Shown piece by piece: positions 27,972-39,219 of a DNA stretch of 64,000 nt (the stretch's first letter is position 1; the number at the start of each line of letters is the position of its first letter). The stretch is from contig JBQPWD010000001.1 in assembly GCA_052246995.1 (NCBI GenBank), forward strand, positions 1-64,000. Reading direction: 5' to 3'. Below the pieces are notes generated by a model. That model was not told the DNA's origin, did not search any database, and saw only the letters and a list, made by a program, of their open reading frames with translations. Position numbers and translations under genes: made by a program. Source of the DNA: Candidatus Bathyarchaeota archaeon (GTDB taxonomy: Archaea; Thermoproteota; Bathyarchaeia; Hecatellales; Hecatellaceae).

Positions 27972-30443
27972 TTGCTTTATCCCGTAAGGATGGTTAGGGT
28001 GGAAGCCGTTGTTCCTGCGGATAAGGTTGAAGAAGTCATAAGGAAACTTGGGGAATGTGGTGTTGCTCACTTTATAGATGTAGTAAAAACTAAAGACTAC
28101 AAGTATAAGGAGGTTGCAAAGGAAGTTAAACGTCTTCAACGTGAAAATTATTTACTTCAACTCTCAAACAGAATCAACAATCTTTTAAGAAGACTTGGAG
28201 AGCCACCATACCCCAAACCAGTAGTTGTTAAAGATTCATCAAAAGTTTTAGCTGAAGCTGAAAAAGAAGTTGAGAAACTTGAAGCTGAATATATGAAAAT
28301 TGAAAATGAAATGAAGCTTTTGAGCGAGGAGAAAGCTTCGCTCGAAAGGGATATGCGTCAAGTTTTTAGTGAATACAAAAGCTTGGAGAAATATCTTTCT
28401 GAAAAGAAGATAGATGTTGACACTGTTTTGGCTGTTAAGGTTCCTGAGATATTAAAGGTTAGGGAAATTTTAAGGAACATTCATGAAGATCTTATCGAAG
28501 TACAAAAAAATCTAGTCTTCATAGATGTAGCTGGAAAACTAGCTTTAACGTATGAAGCTATTTCAAATGAAAAAGACAAGTTAGAAAAAGTTAAGGTTGA
28601 AGTTGAGGATACCTTAAAAGCTAATGAAGAGGTTAAGAAGAACATTCCTAAAGCGTTGAGTGAAGCATTAAAAGTTGAGGAGGTTCTTTATGAAGTTAAA
28701 AATGTTGTTGAAAAAAAGCTTGAAGCTTGGAGAAAAATTGATGAGTTAAAAGTATTTTTAAAACAGCTTAAATCTAAGCTTGATGATGCTGAAAAGAGCC
28801 TTACAAGTGACATCATACCATTAATTGGTGAAGACGTCTTCAAAGTTTTTGAAGAATTTAGGAGTATCTTTAATGTCGCTGAAAAGCTTAGTCTAGGTTC
28901 AGCTGAAATTGAAAATGTTACTAAAAAAGCCTCGTTAACAGCTTCTCTGCTTAAAGATAAGATTGATATTTTAAATAACACTGAAAGATTTATTCTCCTC
29001 TATAGTGTAGTTAGGCTTGTTGAGGAAATACGTAAAGAAAAAGTTGTTGATGTGGAAAAGTTAGCTGAGGAAAGTAAGAGACTTATTTCGATTCTACCTG
29101 CAAAACAGCTTGAAATTGTTAAGAGAGCTTTTGATGTTGTTGCAATGGAGCGTAAAATAGAAGAATTGGCAAGAAAACCTGAAGAATTAAAGGAGAAAAT
29201 ATCCAGTTTAGCTGGCACAGCAGATTTTCTTCACGTTTTTAATGAAATAGTTGACATTGAACTTAAAATCGAGGATTTATATAAAAAGTTTAGGCAAACT
29301 AGGCGGACGTACGTTTTTGAATTTTGGGTTGACAAGTCTAATGTTGAGAAGGCTGTAAGTATTGTTAAAAGTGAATGTCCATCAGCAATTGTAAATGTTG
29401 GTGGAGAGGAAAAGGGAGATAAACCCCCAACTTTAATGAAAAATCATCCAATAGCTAAACCATGGGAAAAACTTGTTGCAGCATACGGATTACCAAATTA
29501 TCATGAAATAGACCCAACAATCATTACAGTTTTAACTTTTCCAGTAATTTTTGGTTTAATGTTTGGAGATATGGGTCACGGTTTAATTCTTCTTGTAGGT
29601 GGACTTTTAATACCTAAAATATGGAGTAAACTTAACCTTAAAGGCGAACTTTGGGATTACATTTACAAGGGTAGAAATCTCATAGTGCTTTGCGGAATAA
29701 CATCTATAGTCTTCGGTTTCCTTTACGGGGAATTTTTCGGCCCAACAAACTACCATTATGCTTTACACCATGCAGTTCCAACATGGTATTCAGATTTAAC
29801 AGGGCTGGATAAGGCACCATGGTTTAGTCCAATGGCGGATCTTATGCTGTTCTTTAAGGTTGCAATTTCTGTTGCAATATTTCATATACCATTCGGCATA
29901 ATCCTCGACTTAGTTAACAAGCTTAAAGCTGGTGAAAAAAGGGAGGCCTTAGTGCCAATCTCGTGGCTTTGGTTTTACTTTAGTTTTGCAACTTTACTCA
30001 TACTTATAATGACGCCAGCATACGGTATAACCGATGTAATTTTTAATCCCACATTACTAGGATTGTTTTTTATTACACCCTTTGTAGGTATGCTTCTTCT
30101 TCATAAATTTGCAGTGGGAGGTTTCTTTGAAGCTTTTTCTGAAACAATAACCAAAGCTATAGAATCATTATCAAACACCTTTTCATATTCACGAATTTTA
30201 GCTTTAGGGCTTACCCACGCAATCTTTAGTGATATAGCCTTGCTTGGAGCAGGAAATCCCGTGTTGTTCTGGGTTACTTTCTTAATGGTCACAATCTTCA
30301 TGATTATAGCATTGGAAGGGATAATAACATTTGCACATTCCCTTAGGCTTCACTGGGTTGAATGGTTCAGCAAATTCTACAGTGGGGATGGAGTAGCTTT
30401 TGAAGGTTTCACTATTAAAAGGAGGTTTACAGTTGCTGGTTAG
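27972..30443 (+). CDS. atpI: A/V-type ATP synthase subunit I (a)
   Basis: PPT, YGLP.Y.EIDPT, FGLMFGD.GHG, SYSRILAL, HSLRLHWVEWFSKFY. Confidence 0.92.
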   Translation: MLYPVRMVRVEAVVPADKVEEVIRKLGECGVAHFIDVVKTKDYKYKEVAKEVKRLQRENYLLQLSNRINNLLRRLGEPPYPKPVVVKDSSKVLAEAEKEVEKLEAEYMKIENEMKLLSEEKASLERDMRQVFSEYKSLEKYLSEKKIDVDTVLAVKVPEILKVREILRNIHEDLIEVQKNLVFIDVAGKLALTYEAISNEKDKLEKVKVEVEDTLKANEEVKKNIPKALSEALKVEEVLYEVKNVVEKKLEAWRKIDELKVFLKQLKSKLDDAEKSLTSDIIPLIGEDVFKVFEEFRSIFNVAEKLSLGSAEIENVTKKASLTASLLKDKIDILNNTERFILLYSVVRLVEEIRKEKVVDVEKLAEESKRLISILPAKQLEIVKRAFDVVAMERKIEELARKPEELKEKISSLAGTADFLHVFNEIVDIELKIEDLYKKFRQTRRTYVFEFWVDKSNVEKAVSIVKSECPSAIVNVGGEEKGDKPPTLMKNHPIAKPWEKLVAAYGLPNYHEIDPTIITVLTFPVIFGLMFGDMGHGLILLVGGLLIPKIWSKLNLKGELWDYIYKGRNLIVLCGITSIVFGFLYGEFFGPTNYHYALHHAVPTWYSDLTGLDKAPWFSPMADLMLFFKVAISVAIFHIPFGIILDLVNKLKAGEKREALVPISWLWFYFSFATLLILIMTPAYGITDVIFNPTLLGLFFITPFVGMLLLHKFAVGGFFEAFSETITKAIESLSNTFSYSRILALGLTHAIFSDIALLGAGNPVLFWVTFLMVTIFMIIALEGIITFAHSLRLHWVEWFSKFYSGDGVAFEGFTIKRRFTVAG

Positions 30444-30756
30444 GTATAAGGTTAAAATCAAGGTTAAAAAGCTTAAACCACTAATTAAGTTAAGAAATTT
30501 TTTACGTGAAAAAACAGCTTTAAAGCCTGTTCCAGGTTATTCTATGAGCAAAATTATGGTTTCAGGTTTAATCCTACCAATAATAACTAGCATTTTTCTT
30601 CTTTTCTCCATTAACCTTTCATCAATATTGGATCTTCCACCTTTAACCATGTTTCTTTTTATGTGTTTATGTACTTTTTCAGGCTTTTTTCTTGCTATAG
30701 TAATATTAACCAAACTTACAGGTAAAATCTTAAATTGGGCTAGGGAGGAAAAATGA
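30400..30756 (+). CDS. Small two-TM hypothetical membrane protein within the ATPase cluster (start uncertain, possibly ATG 30544)
   Basis: Two hydrophobic helices; stop overlaps the atpC start (ATGA). Confidence 0.55.
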   Translation: MKVSLLKGGLQLLVRYKVKIKVKKLKPLIKLRNFLREKTALKPVPGYSMSKIMVSGLILPIITSIFLLFSINLSSILDLPPLTMFLFMCLCTFSGFFLAIVILTKLTGKILNWAREEK

Positions 30757-31829
30757 GAAAGTTTACTGACTATATTGAGTTAACCCCTAGAATTAGAGGA
30801 AAAAAATCGTTTATGCTTGTTAAAAGCGACTATGACAGCATGCTTACGGCTGAGAATGTTCAGGCGGCTCTTAGAAGGCTTGAAGGCTCAAGATATCAAC
30901 CATACATAAGCCAGTTTCTTGTGAGAGAGTTCAACGTTGATGAGGTTGAGGATAGTCTAATAAAAGCTTATAATGATGAGTTAAACTTTGTTCTACTTAA
31001 AACAAGAAATAAAGCTGCAGCGGATTTTATAAGTGAGTTTAACCGTTTAAATGAGCTTAGAACTTTAGGTTTAGTGTTAAAGGCAATTTTACTTGAAAAT
31101 TCATGGGAAGAGGCTTCAAGATTTATTTTTCCCTATGGAAAACTAAACATTGAAACCTGTAGAAGCCTTGTTGAGACAAAAAACGTTGAAGAAGTTTTTA
31201 GGCTTATGGGTGAGAAGTCTTTAATTGGAAAAGTAAGGGAGATTTTAAGTGGCTCTGAGAATTCTTTGCTTAAAAGTATTAAGACCGAATTAACATTAAC
31301 AAGGCATGGTTTAGAAAAAGTTTTTAAAAAAGCTCAGAACCTCGAAGGAAGAGATAGATTTTGTATAAAAATTCTTGGTATACTTATTGACATCTCTAAC
31401 ATAACGGCCATTTTAAGACTTAAAAAACTCAAGTTTGAAAAAGAAGGAATAGAAGATTACATTTTCCCAGTTTACTACATTCTTAAGGAAGACGAGGTAA
31501 AAAGGGCTTTAATCGCTGAAAACGAGAAGGATGCCTTAAAAGTTTTCTCCTCAGGCAGATACGTGAACATAGTTTCACCTTTAACCCCCATCTATGAGGT
31601 TAAAAATGACCTCTCAATCTTTGAGATAGCGTTAAAACGCTACCACGCAAAAGAATGCGAAAGAGCGTTTTACCAGCTTTTCCACTTTACTGAGGCGTTT
31701 GCATATCTCTACCTTAAGCTTTACGAGGTTAAGGATTTAATAACAATAGTAATTGGAAAACAGTTTAACATTCCACCAAGCGAAATAGAATACTTGTTAA
31801 CGCTTCATCAACCACTCTACCCAACTTAA
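30753..31829 (+). CDS. atpC: A/V-type ATP synthase subunit C (d)
   Basis: RIRGKKS..L, DI.NI..ILRLK, YLYLK.YEVKDL..I..GK; lies between atpI and atpK. Confidence 0.82.
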   Translation: MRKFTDYIELTPRIRGKKSFMLVKSDYDSMLTAENVQAALRRLEGSRYQPYISQFLVREFNVDEVEDSLIKAYNDELNFVLLKTRNKAAADFISEFNRLNELRTLGLVLKAILLENSWEEASRFIFPYGKLNIETCRSLVETKNVEEVFRLMGEKSLIGKVREILSGSENSLLKSIKTELTLTRHGLEKVFKKAQNLEGRDRFCIKILGILIDISNITAILRLKKLKFEKEGIEDYIFPVYYILKEDEVKRALIAENEKDALKVFSSGRYVNIVSPLTPIYEVKNDLSIFEIALKRYHAKECERAFYQLFHFTEAFAYLYLKLYEVKDLITIVIGKQFNIPPSEIEYLLTLHQPLYPT

Positions 31830-31891
31830 ACCAAAAGTTTTAAATTAGATTTCTCCTAACCAATCAAACCATAGGAAAAGGTTAGGCCTGA

Positions 31892-32251
31892 GTGGAGGGT
31901 AAAAAAATGAGTTTAAAGTTAAATTTGATGTTAGCATTAACCTTAGTTTCAATCATGTTGGGAGCATGCTACAGTCTTACTTATGCTGAGGCTGCAGAAG
32001 CTGAGCAAGCGGAACATTCCTCGGCAGAATTAGGTTATATTGCTATAGGTGCAGGTATTGCTATAAGTATCCCTGGTTTTGCCGCTGCTTGGAGTCTTGG
32101 TACGGCAACCTCTGCTATTGCTGCCGCTGGAGCTGAAAGACCTGAAATTATAGGTAGGTTCTTTATCTATGTTGTGTTTATTGAAGCTATTGCAATCTAT
32201 GCGCTTATAGTTGCAATATTCATCATAACGATGCTTCCAGCGTATCTATAA
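31892..32251 (+). CDS. atpK: A/V-type ATP synthase subunit K (c, proteolipid) with N-terminal signal-like segment
   Basis: IGAGIAI, AAGAERPE, FIEAIAIY. Confidence 0.9.
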   Translation: MEGKKMSLKLNLMLALTLVSIMLGACYSLTYAEAAEAEQAEHSSAELGYIAIGAGIAISIPGFAAAWSLGTATSAIAAAGAERPEIIGRFFIYVVFIEAIAIYALIVAIFIITMLPAYL

Positions 32252-32292
32252 TACAAGTTCAGGTTAAAAACTTACAAGTTTGGCTAAACTGG

Positions 32293-32499
32293 TTAGTCTA
32301 AAGGCCATGCCTTGAAAAAATCGCTTAAATTATACTCTAAAACCCTTTTTATATTTTTGTTTTCACTAAGCCTTAAACCACAACCAGGACATATATAGCT
32401 TAAGGATAGTTTTACGATGAAAAATCTATTCATGTTAGGACAGTAGAGTAAGGCTTCTGCGTCAGAGATGTTTGAAATCTTTAGTAAATGCTTTTTCAA
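32293..32499 (-). CDS. Small hypothetical protein, possible Zn-ribbon
   Basis: YCPN...ICPGCG; fills the intergenic gap. Confidence 0.4.
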   Translation of the reverse strand: MKKHLLKISNISDAEALLYCPNMNRFFIVKLSLSYICPGCGLRLSENKNIKRVLEYNLSDFFKAWPLD

Positions 32500-32646
32500 A
32501 TAAGTCGCCTAGGTATAACATTAAAATTTATTAATTTTTATTAAGTTAAATTTATCTTGACAAACCTAAGAGGTTTTAGTCTTGGTGATAGGAGGTTATG
32601 CGGATTTTTTTCCTTTTATGTTTTTTATCTCTAGGTGTTTTAGAGT

Positions 32647-32940
32647 ATGAACATGGAAGTTAAAAAATGTTTTCCTAAATGTGAGTTTTTCAGATGTGGA
32701 CAAAAGGCTCTTCAACTCAAGTTTGGAAAACAGTACTGTAAACTTGTAGATGATGTTTGTGAAGGGTATAAGTGTAGGTATGCTATTTGTATAAGGAATA
32801 GGCTTTTACCCGACGGTATATGCAGTTTAACAATCAAGAGAGAGCAAAAGCAAGTTGAAATACCCCTAGAGGATGATGCTTTAAAGAAAATTAGGGTTAA
32901 AGGCAAACTTCAAAAAAGACTTGGAAAAGAAATTTTTTAA
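32647..32940 (+). CDS. Cys-rich conserved hypothetical protein (likely metal-binding)
   Basis: 8 Cys in C...C.FFRC...C....D.C.GY.C.YA.C....LLPDG.C; co-oriented with the Brix gene. Confidence 0.75.
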   Translation: MNMEVKKCFPKCEFFRCGQKALQLKFGKQYCKLVDDVCEGYKCRYAICIRNRLLPDGICSLTIKREQKQVEIPLEDDALKKIRVKGKLQKRLGKEIF

Positions 32941-32952
32941 TCTGGTAAGAGG

Positions 32953-33537
32953 TTGAAGAGCAGTATTAAACTCTTGATTACAAGTTCACATAGACCAACA
33001 AAACTTATAAGAAGTTTTATGAACGATTTAGCTTCGGTTATACCCAACTCCATTAGAGTTAACCGTGGAAAAATGAGTTTTATGGATGTGGCTAAAAAAG
33101 CTCTAGCCCTAAACATAAACTTGGTTTTAATTGTTAGTAGGTGGAAAGGTGGGCCTGGAAAGATTGAGTTTTATGGGTTTGAAGATAGAAAGATGAAGCT
33201 TTTACCTCCAATTATATACGTTAAAGGTGTGCGTTTACAAAGAACCCATAAAATCTTCTTTAGAAGATTTAAAGTTAAACCAAGAAGCTTATCAATAGTT
33301 AAGCCTTTAAACAACGATTCTGAAGTTCAAAAACTTGCTGAAACTTTAGCTGAAACCCTTAAAATTCCATTTGTAACCTCTACTGAAAACGTGGTATCCG
33401 ATGTTTTCATGAAAATTTATAGGAACAATGAGGGAAAACTTAAGATTACCTTTATTTCCGTCATGAATGACGGAATTGAAGTTGGACCTGAAATTTTTAT
33501 TAAGCATATTAGATGGGCGAGTGTTAAGCATGATTAA
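32953..33537 (+). CDS. Brix/Imp4 domain ribosome biogenesis protein
   Basis: LITSSHRPT..IRSF..DL, RVNRGKMS, RWKGGPG. Confidence 0.88.
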   Translation: MKSSIKLLITSSHRPTKLIRSFMNDLASVIPNSIRVNRGKMSFMDVAKKALALNINLVLIVSRWKGGPGKIEFYGFEDRKMKLLPPIIYVKGVRLQRTHKIFFRRFKVKPRSLSIVKPLNNDSEVQKLAETLAETLKIPFVTSTENVVSDVFMKIYRNNEGKLKITFISVMNDGIEVGPEIFIKHIRWASVKHD

Positions 33538-33778
33538 AGCAAAAATAACGTTTAAAACTTCAAAGAAAAAATGTAAAAAAATTGTTAAAGTGTTAAAGCC
33601 TGAAACAAGATTTACACCTACATCTAGAAGTAAAACTAAAATCAAAAATGGAGGTAACACGGTTGAGGTCACATTTTATGCTAAAGATTTTTCAGCATTA
33701 AGAGCATCAATAAACTCATTTTGCCGCTGGGTTAAAATGGTTGATGAGGTTTTAGATGTTGCTAAAGATTTAAGATGA
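33530..33778 (+). CDS. pcc1: KEOPS complex subunit Pcc1
   Basis: LKPE...P.SRS, AKDFSALRASINSF.RW; follows the Brix gene. Confidence 0.82.
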   Translation: MIKAKITFKTSKKKCKKIVKVLKPETRFTPTSRSKTKIKNGGNTVEVTFYAKDFSALRASINSFCRWVKMVDEVLDVAKDLR

Positions 33779-34060
33779 TACCCTTTTAAATTCATGAGTT
33801 TATGTAATAATGTTGTCCACTTTTTATGGGTTGGTAAGCTTCATACACTTTGGTTTAAGGTTGAATTAGTAAAAATAATCATTAATCTGTTATGTAAACT
33901 CTTCTGCGACTTCAAATAACGCTAACATGGAAAGCTTAAACAAGGCACTACTTGATGTTAATAATAACTTTACTTTTTAAGGCTAAAAACAACTAAGCTG
34001 AAAAATTCGATAAAACCTAAGGAACGTTACACTTAAAAGTTTTAGATACTTAAAAGTTTA

Positions 34061-34121
34061 TAGGTGATGAAATCGCTACACCCTGAAAAATGTTAATGAT
34101 GAGGGTTCAAAGCTCTGAAGT
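34061..34121 (+). ncRNA. Box C/D 2'-O-methylation guide sRNA, predicted double guide for tRNA-Gln(UUG)
   Basis: C box GTGATGA 34064-70; 12-nt guide AATCGCTACACC; D' CTGA 34083-86; C' ATGATGA 34096-102; 12-nt guide GGGTTCAAAGCT; D CTGA 34115-18; intergenic. Confidence 0.88.
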
Positions 34122-34129
34122 CTTAACTT

Positions 34130-34708
34130 TTAATTTACTTCCCCAGCATTGTTGTTGGCTATGATTATTGCTTTAAATTCTGTTTGTCTCCAAACTTCTA
34201 AAAGTTTTTCAGGTTTACATTTAAGATATGAACCTACAGCTGGGTCATGAATATACAAGTAATTCTCATCGTAACCTACAACAACAACCGTATGTAAATA
34301 CTCGTTGATTTGTATCCTTATGATAACAGGTTTTCCATTATCAATTTCACTTTTAAGTTGCTTCATGTTTAAGGATGCGTAGTAACACTTTCCAAGGTAG
34401 TTTGAAAGTAGAGGAAGCATGTTTTCAAATCTATCGTAACCCAAATAATTGATTTCATCTTGAGTTAAATTATATCCATAATATGCTAGGACCATGCTTG
34501 CAGATGCTTCTGAACAAAACCATGGTTTCTGGTAGAAGAATGGTACGTCTAATATTTTGATTTTAGTTAAGTTTTCCTCTTCAAGCTTGCCAGAATAAAT
34601 TTGGAGGTTTGTTTGTGGAGCTTTACTGATAAAGGTTAAACATAAAATAATTAGTGTAAGTGTAATAGTTAAGACTAAAATTTTGATGCATGTTTTTCCA
34701 TTTATCAT
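34130..34708 (-). CDS. Membrane-anchored C39-like cysteine peptidase
   Basis: N-terminal TM helix; VPFFYQ...FCSEASASMVL.YYG, HTVVVVGYD, IHDP. Confidence 0.85.
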   Translation of the reverse strand: MINGKTCIKILVLTITLTLIILCLTFISKAPQTNLQIYSGKLEEENLTKIKILDVPFFYQKPWFCSEASASMVLAYYGYNLTQDEINYLGYDRFENMLPLLSNYLGKCYYASLNMKQLKSEIDNGKPVIIRIQINEYLHTVVVVGYDENYLYIHDPAVGSYLKCKPEKLLEVWRQTEFKAIIIANNNAGEVN

Positions 34709-34753
34709 TACTTACCTAATTAGGTTAACTCAGCTTAAAGTTTTTCGAGCTTT

Positions 34754-35752
34754 CTAACTTGAAACAAACCTTTTTAAAAGAAGGTTTGCTGCTGAGTATG
34801 GATCTACTTCCCCTGATGTTACTTTGCTTAACACGTTTTTAAATTCACCATCTATGTTTGCTTTCTTTAAAACATGTTCATATATTTTTTGGGATAAAAT
34901 TTCTAAAACTTCTAACTTATTTTTTTCCATTTTAAGTTTTTCCATCATTCCTGACTCTACAAGGAAGTTTTTATGGTTATCAATTTCTTCAACAAGTTTG
35001 TCTATTCCATCACCCCTAACAGCAATAGTTTTAACAACTGGTTTTTTCCATATTTTATGGAAACCTCTTTCCTTGAGTTTCTCATAATCATATTCAACAT
35101 ACTCTTCAATTTCCCTGACAGTCTGGTCAGCATTATCTTGGTCAGCTTTATTAACAACAAATATGTCTCCAATTTCATAAATACCGGTTTTCATAGCTTG
35201 AATTTCATCTCCAAGCTTAGGCATAAGTACAAGAACAACCGTGTAAGCATACTTTATAACATCAATTTGAGTTTGCCCAGCTCCAACTGTTTCGATAATC
35301 ACTACATCTTTTCCAGATGCATCAAGAACCTTAACAGCATAACCAGTAGCCCTAGACAATCCTCCAAGCGACCCACGACTCCCCATGCTTCTAATAAAAA
35401 CACCACTATCCGTTGAATGTTCTTTCATTCTTATTCTATCACCAAGTAAAGCTCCTCCTGTAAATGGGCTTGTTGGGTCAACCGCCAAAACACCAACACT
35501 TAATCCCTTCTTCCTATATTCCCTGATAAGCCTATCAATAAGGCAGCTTTTACCTACTCCCGGTGGCCCTGTTACCCCTATAACATGCGCTTTTCCGGTG
35601 TAGGTATGAAGCTTTGCAAGGACATTCATAGCCTCACTGTTACCTTCCTCAATTAAAGTTATAAGTCTAGCAATTGCTCTAGTTTCACCATTTAAAACCT
35701 TCTTAACAAATTCGTCAACATCCTCATGTAGTATTCTGTTTAGTGTGGACAT
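34754..35752 (-). CDS. meaB: Acyl-CoA mutase-associated GTPase MeaB
   Basis: GPPGVGKS, DPTSPFTGGALLGDRIRM, ETVGAGQ, VNKAD. Confidence 0.95.
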   Translation of the reverse strand: MSTLNRILHEDVDEFVKKVLNGETRAIARLITLIEEGNSEAMNVLAKLHTYTGKAHVIGVTGPPGVGKSCLIDRLIREYRKKGLSVGVLAVDPTSPFTGGALLGDRIRMKEHSTDSGVFIRSMGSRGSLGGLSRATGYAVKVLDASGKDVVIIETVGAGQTQIDVIKYAYTVVLVLMPKLGDEIQAMKTGIYEIGDIFVVNKADQDNADQTVREIEEYVEYDYEKLKERGFHKIWKKPVVKTIAVRGDGIDKLVEEIDNHKNFLVESGMMEKLKMEKNKLEVLEILSQKIYEHVLKKANIDGEFKNVLSKVTSGEVDPYSAANLLLKRFVSS

Positions 35753-35863
35753 CCAAAACCTCCTACCTAGAACTTAAGTATTGAGAGCTTAATAGGAGTG
35801 TTTAAATTTTTCCATGTTCTAATATTTTTGAACATACACTTTTAACTGTATGGGTGTTAAGTT

Positions 35864-37528
<1,665 letters not shown>

Positions 37529-37540
37529 GAGGTTTTCCTT

Positions 37541-37960
37541 TTGTCTGACAGTAAGAAAATTAGGGTTTTGATTGCTAAGCCTGGTCTTGATGGGCATGAC
37601 CGTGGAGCTAAGGTTGTTGCTAGAGGTTTGGCTGATGCTGGAATGGAGGTTATTTACGCTGGCTTATGGAATTCTCCTGAGGAGATAGTAGATATAGCCA
37701 TTCAGGAGGATGTTGATGTAGTTGGGCTTAGCATTCTTTCAGGTGCACATGACGTTATTGTGCCAAAGGTTAGAAAGCTTCTTGACGAAAAAGGTGGAAA
37801 GGATATTATTCTCCTTGTAGGCGGTACAATACCTCTTGAAGACGTTGAGTATTTAAAAAGAGAATGCAGGGTAACTGAAGTTTTCCTTCCGGGCTCAAGT
37901 ATACAGTCAATAGTTAAATGTGTAGTGGAAAACGTTAAAAAGACTGGAAAAGACTGTTAA
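37541..37960 (+). CDS. Acyl-CoA mutase small, cobalamin-binding subunit
   Basis: [10 protein letters not shown] (DxHxxG), [14 protein letters not shown]. Confidence 0.93.
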   Translation: MSDSKKIRVLIAKPGLDGHDRGAKVVARGLADAGMEVIYAGLWNSPEEIVDIAIQEDVDVVGLSILSGAHDVIVPKVRKLLDEKGGKDIILLVGGTIPLEDVEYLKRECRVTEVFLPGSSIQSIVKCVVENVKKTGKDC

Positions 37961-38037
37961 ATTTTTCTTAAAACCATTTTTTTTAAATCATTTTTAAAAC
38001 AAAAAGTATAATTGTAGATTAAAAGCTAGGTAAAGTT

Positions 38038-39219
38038 ATGACTCGTAGGGTTGCCCTTGTTGGTTATGGATGCTTAAAAATCGGTAAGTATGGTGCTGAG
38101 CTATCTGAAAATGAGATGGCTGTTAAAGCTATAAAGCTTGCTTTGCAGGATGCTGGAATTTCTAAGAATGATGTTGAAGGATTTGTTACAACTCCAAACT
38201 ATCTTTTAACAATGGGTCTTCAACTATCAATAATTTCAGAATACTTAAGAATTTCGCCTAGAGTTGCGGCTGAAATTGCTTGTGGTGGTGTTGCTGGGGG
38301 TTTAGCACTTAAACATGCTATAAATGAAATTATGCTTGGCTATGCAGACATAGTGGTTTGTTATGGTTCTGTTAAAGAGTCTATACGTTTTAAAAACGTT
38401 GCATTAATTGAACCTGGTATGGGTATTGAAGTTTACGAGCCTACAACTCAACCGTATGCTGTTGCAGGTGTTATGTGGGCTTATGCATGTTCAGGTAGAA
38501 GGTATATGTATGAGTATGGGGCAACAGAGGAGCATTTTGCAATGGCTTGCGTAAGAGATAGGAAAGGTGCTATGCATAATCCTTGGGCGTCATTTACCAC
38601 ACCAATAACAGTTGAAGATGTTTTAAAATCACCTGTTTTATGTTCACCGTTAAAACTTTTAGACTGTTCCGCTGCAAGAGACGGTGCAGTTGCAATAGTT
38701 TTAGCTTCAGAGGAAAAGGCTAAAAAAATAACCGATATCCCCATTTACGTTACCGGTGTTGGGGAGTATCATGATAATTCAAGCATAATTCCAACAGATG
38801 GATGCGATAAACCTATAACCTCATTTATTGCCGCTAAAGAGGCTGCTCAACAAGCATTAAAGATGGCAAAAATTGATGTTAACGATGTTGATGTTGCTGA
38901 ACTTTACGCGCCTTTCAGTCCTCAAGAACTTATACTTCCAGAAGATATTGGGTGGTTTAAGAAGGGTGAAATGGTTAAGGCTATTATGGACGGCTCTACT
39001 GAGGTTGGTGGGAAAATTCCGATAAATACTGATGGGGGTCTCCTATCTAGGGGGCATCCGGCTATGGTTACTCCTCTATACGAAACCGTAAGCATTATAA
39101 GGCAGCTTAGAGGTGAAGCAGGGAAGGTTCAGGTTGCTGGTGCTGAGATAGGTTTAATGCATTGTGAGGGTGGAATGCTTAACAACTGTATGGTTTTCAT
39201 TTTTAAAAGAGGTGATTAA
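38038..39219 (+). CDS. Thiolase-fold (SCP-x/Ltp2-like) protein with non-canonical active-site motifs
   Basis: NPWA, ITVEDVL.SP....PL.LLDCS...DGA.A, NTDGGLLSRGHP; LYAPF replaces HDCF. Confidence 0.88.
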   Translation: MTRRVALVGYGCLKIGKYGAELSENEMAVKAIKLALQDAGISKNDVEGFVTTPNYLLTMGLQLSIISEYLRISPRVAAEIACGGVAGGLALKHAINEIMLGYADIVVCYGSVKESIRFKNVALIEPGMGIEVYEPTTQPYAVAGVMWAYACSGRRYMYEYGATEEHFAMACVRDRKGAMHNPWASFTTPITVEDVLKSPVLCSPLKLLDCSAARDGAVAIVLASEEKAKKITDIPIYVTGVGEYHDNSSIIPTDGCDKPITSFIAAKEAAQQALKMAKIDVNDVDVAELYAPFSPQELILPEDIGWFKKGEMVKAIMDGSTEVGGKIPINTDGGLLSRGHPAMVTPLYETVSIIRQLRGEAGKVQVAGAEIGLMHCEGGMLNNCMVFIFKRGD

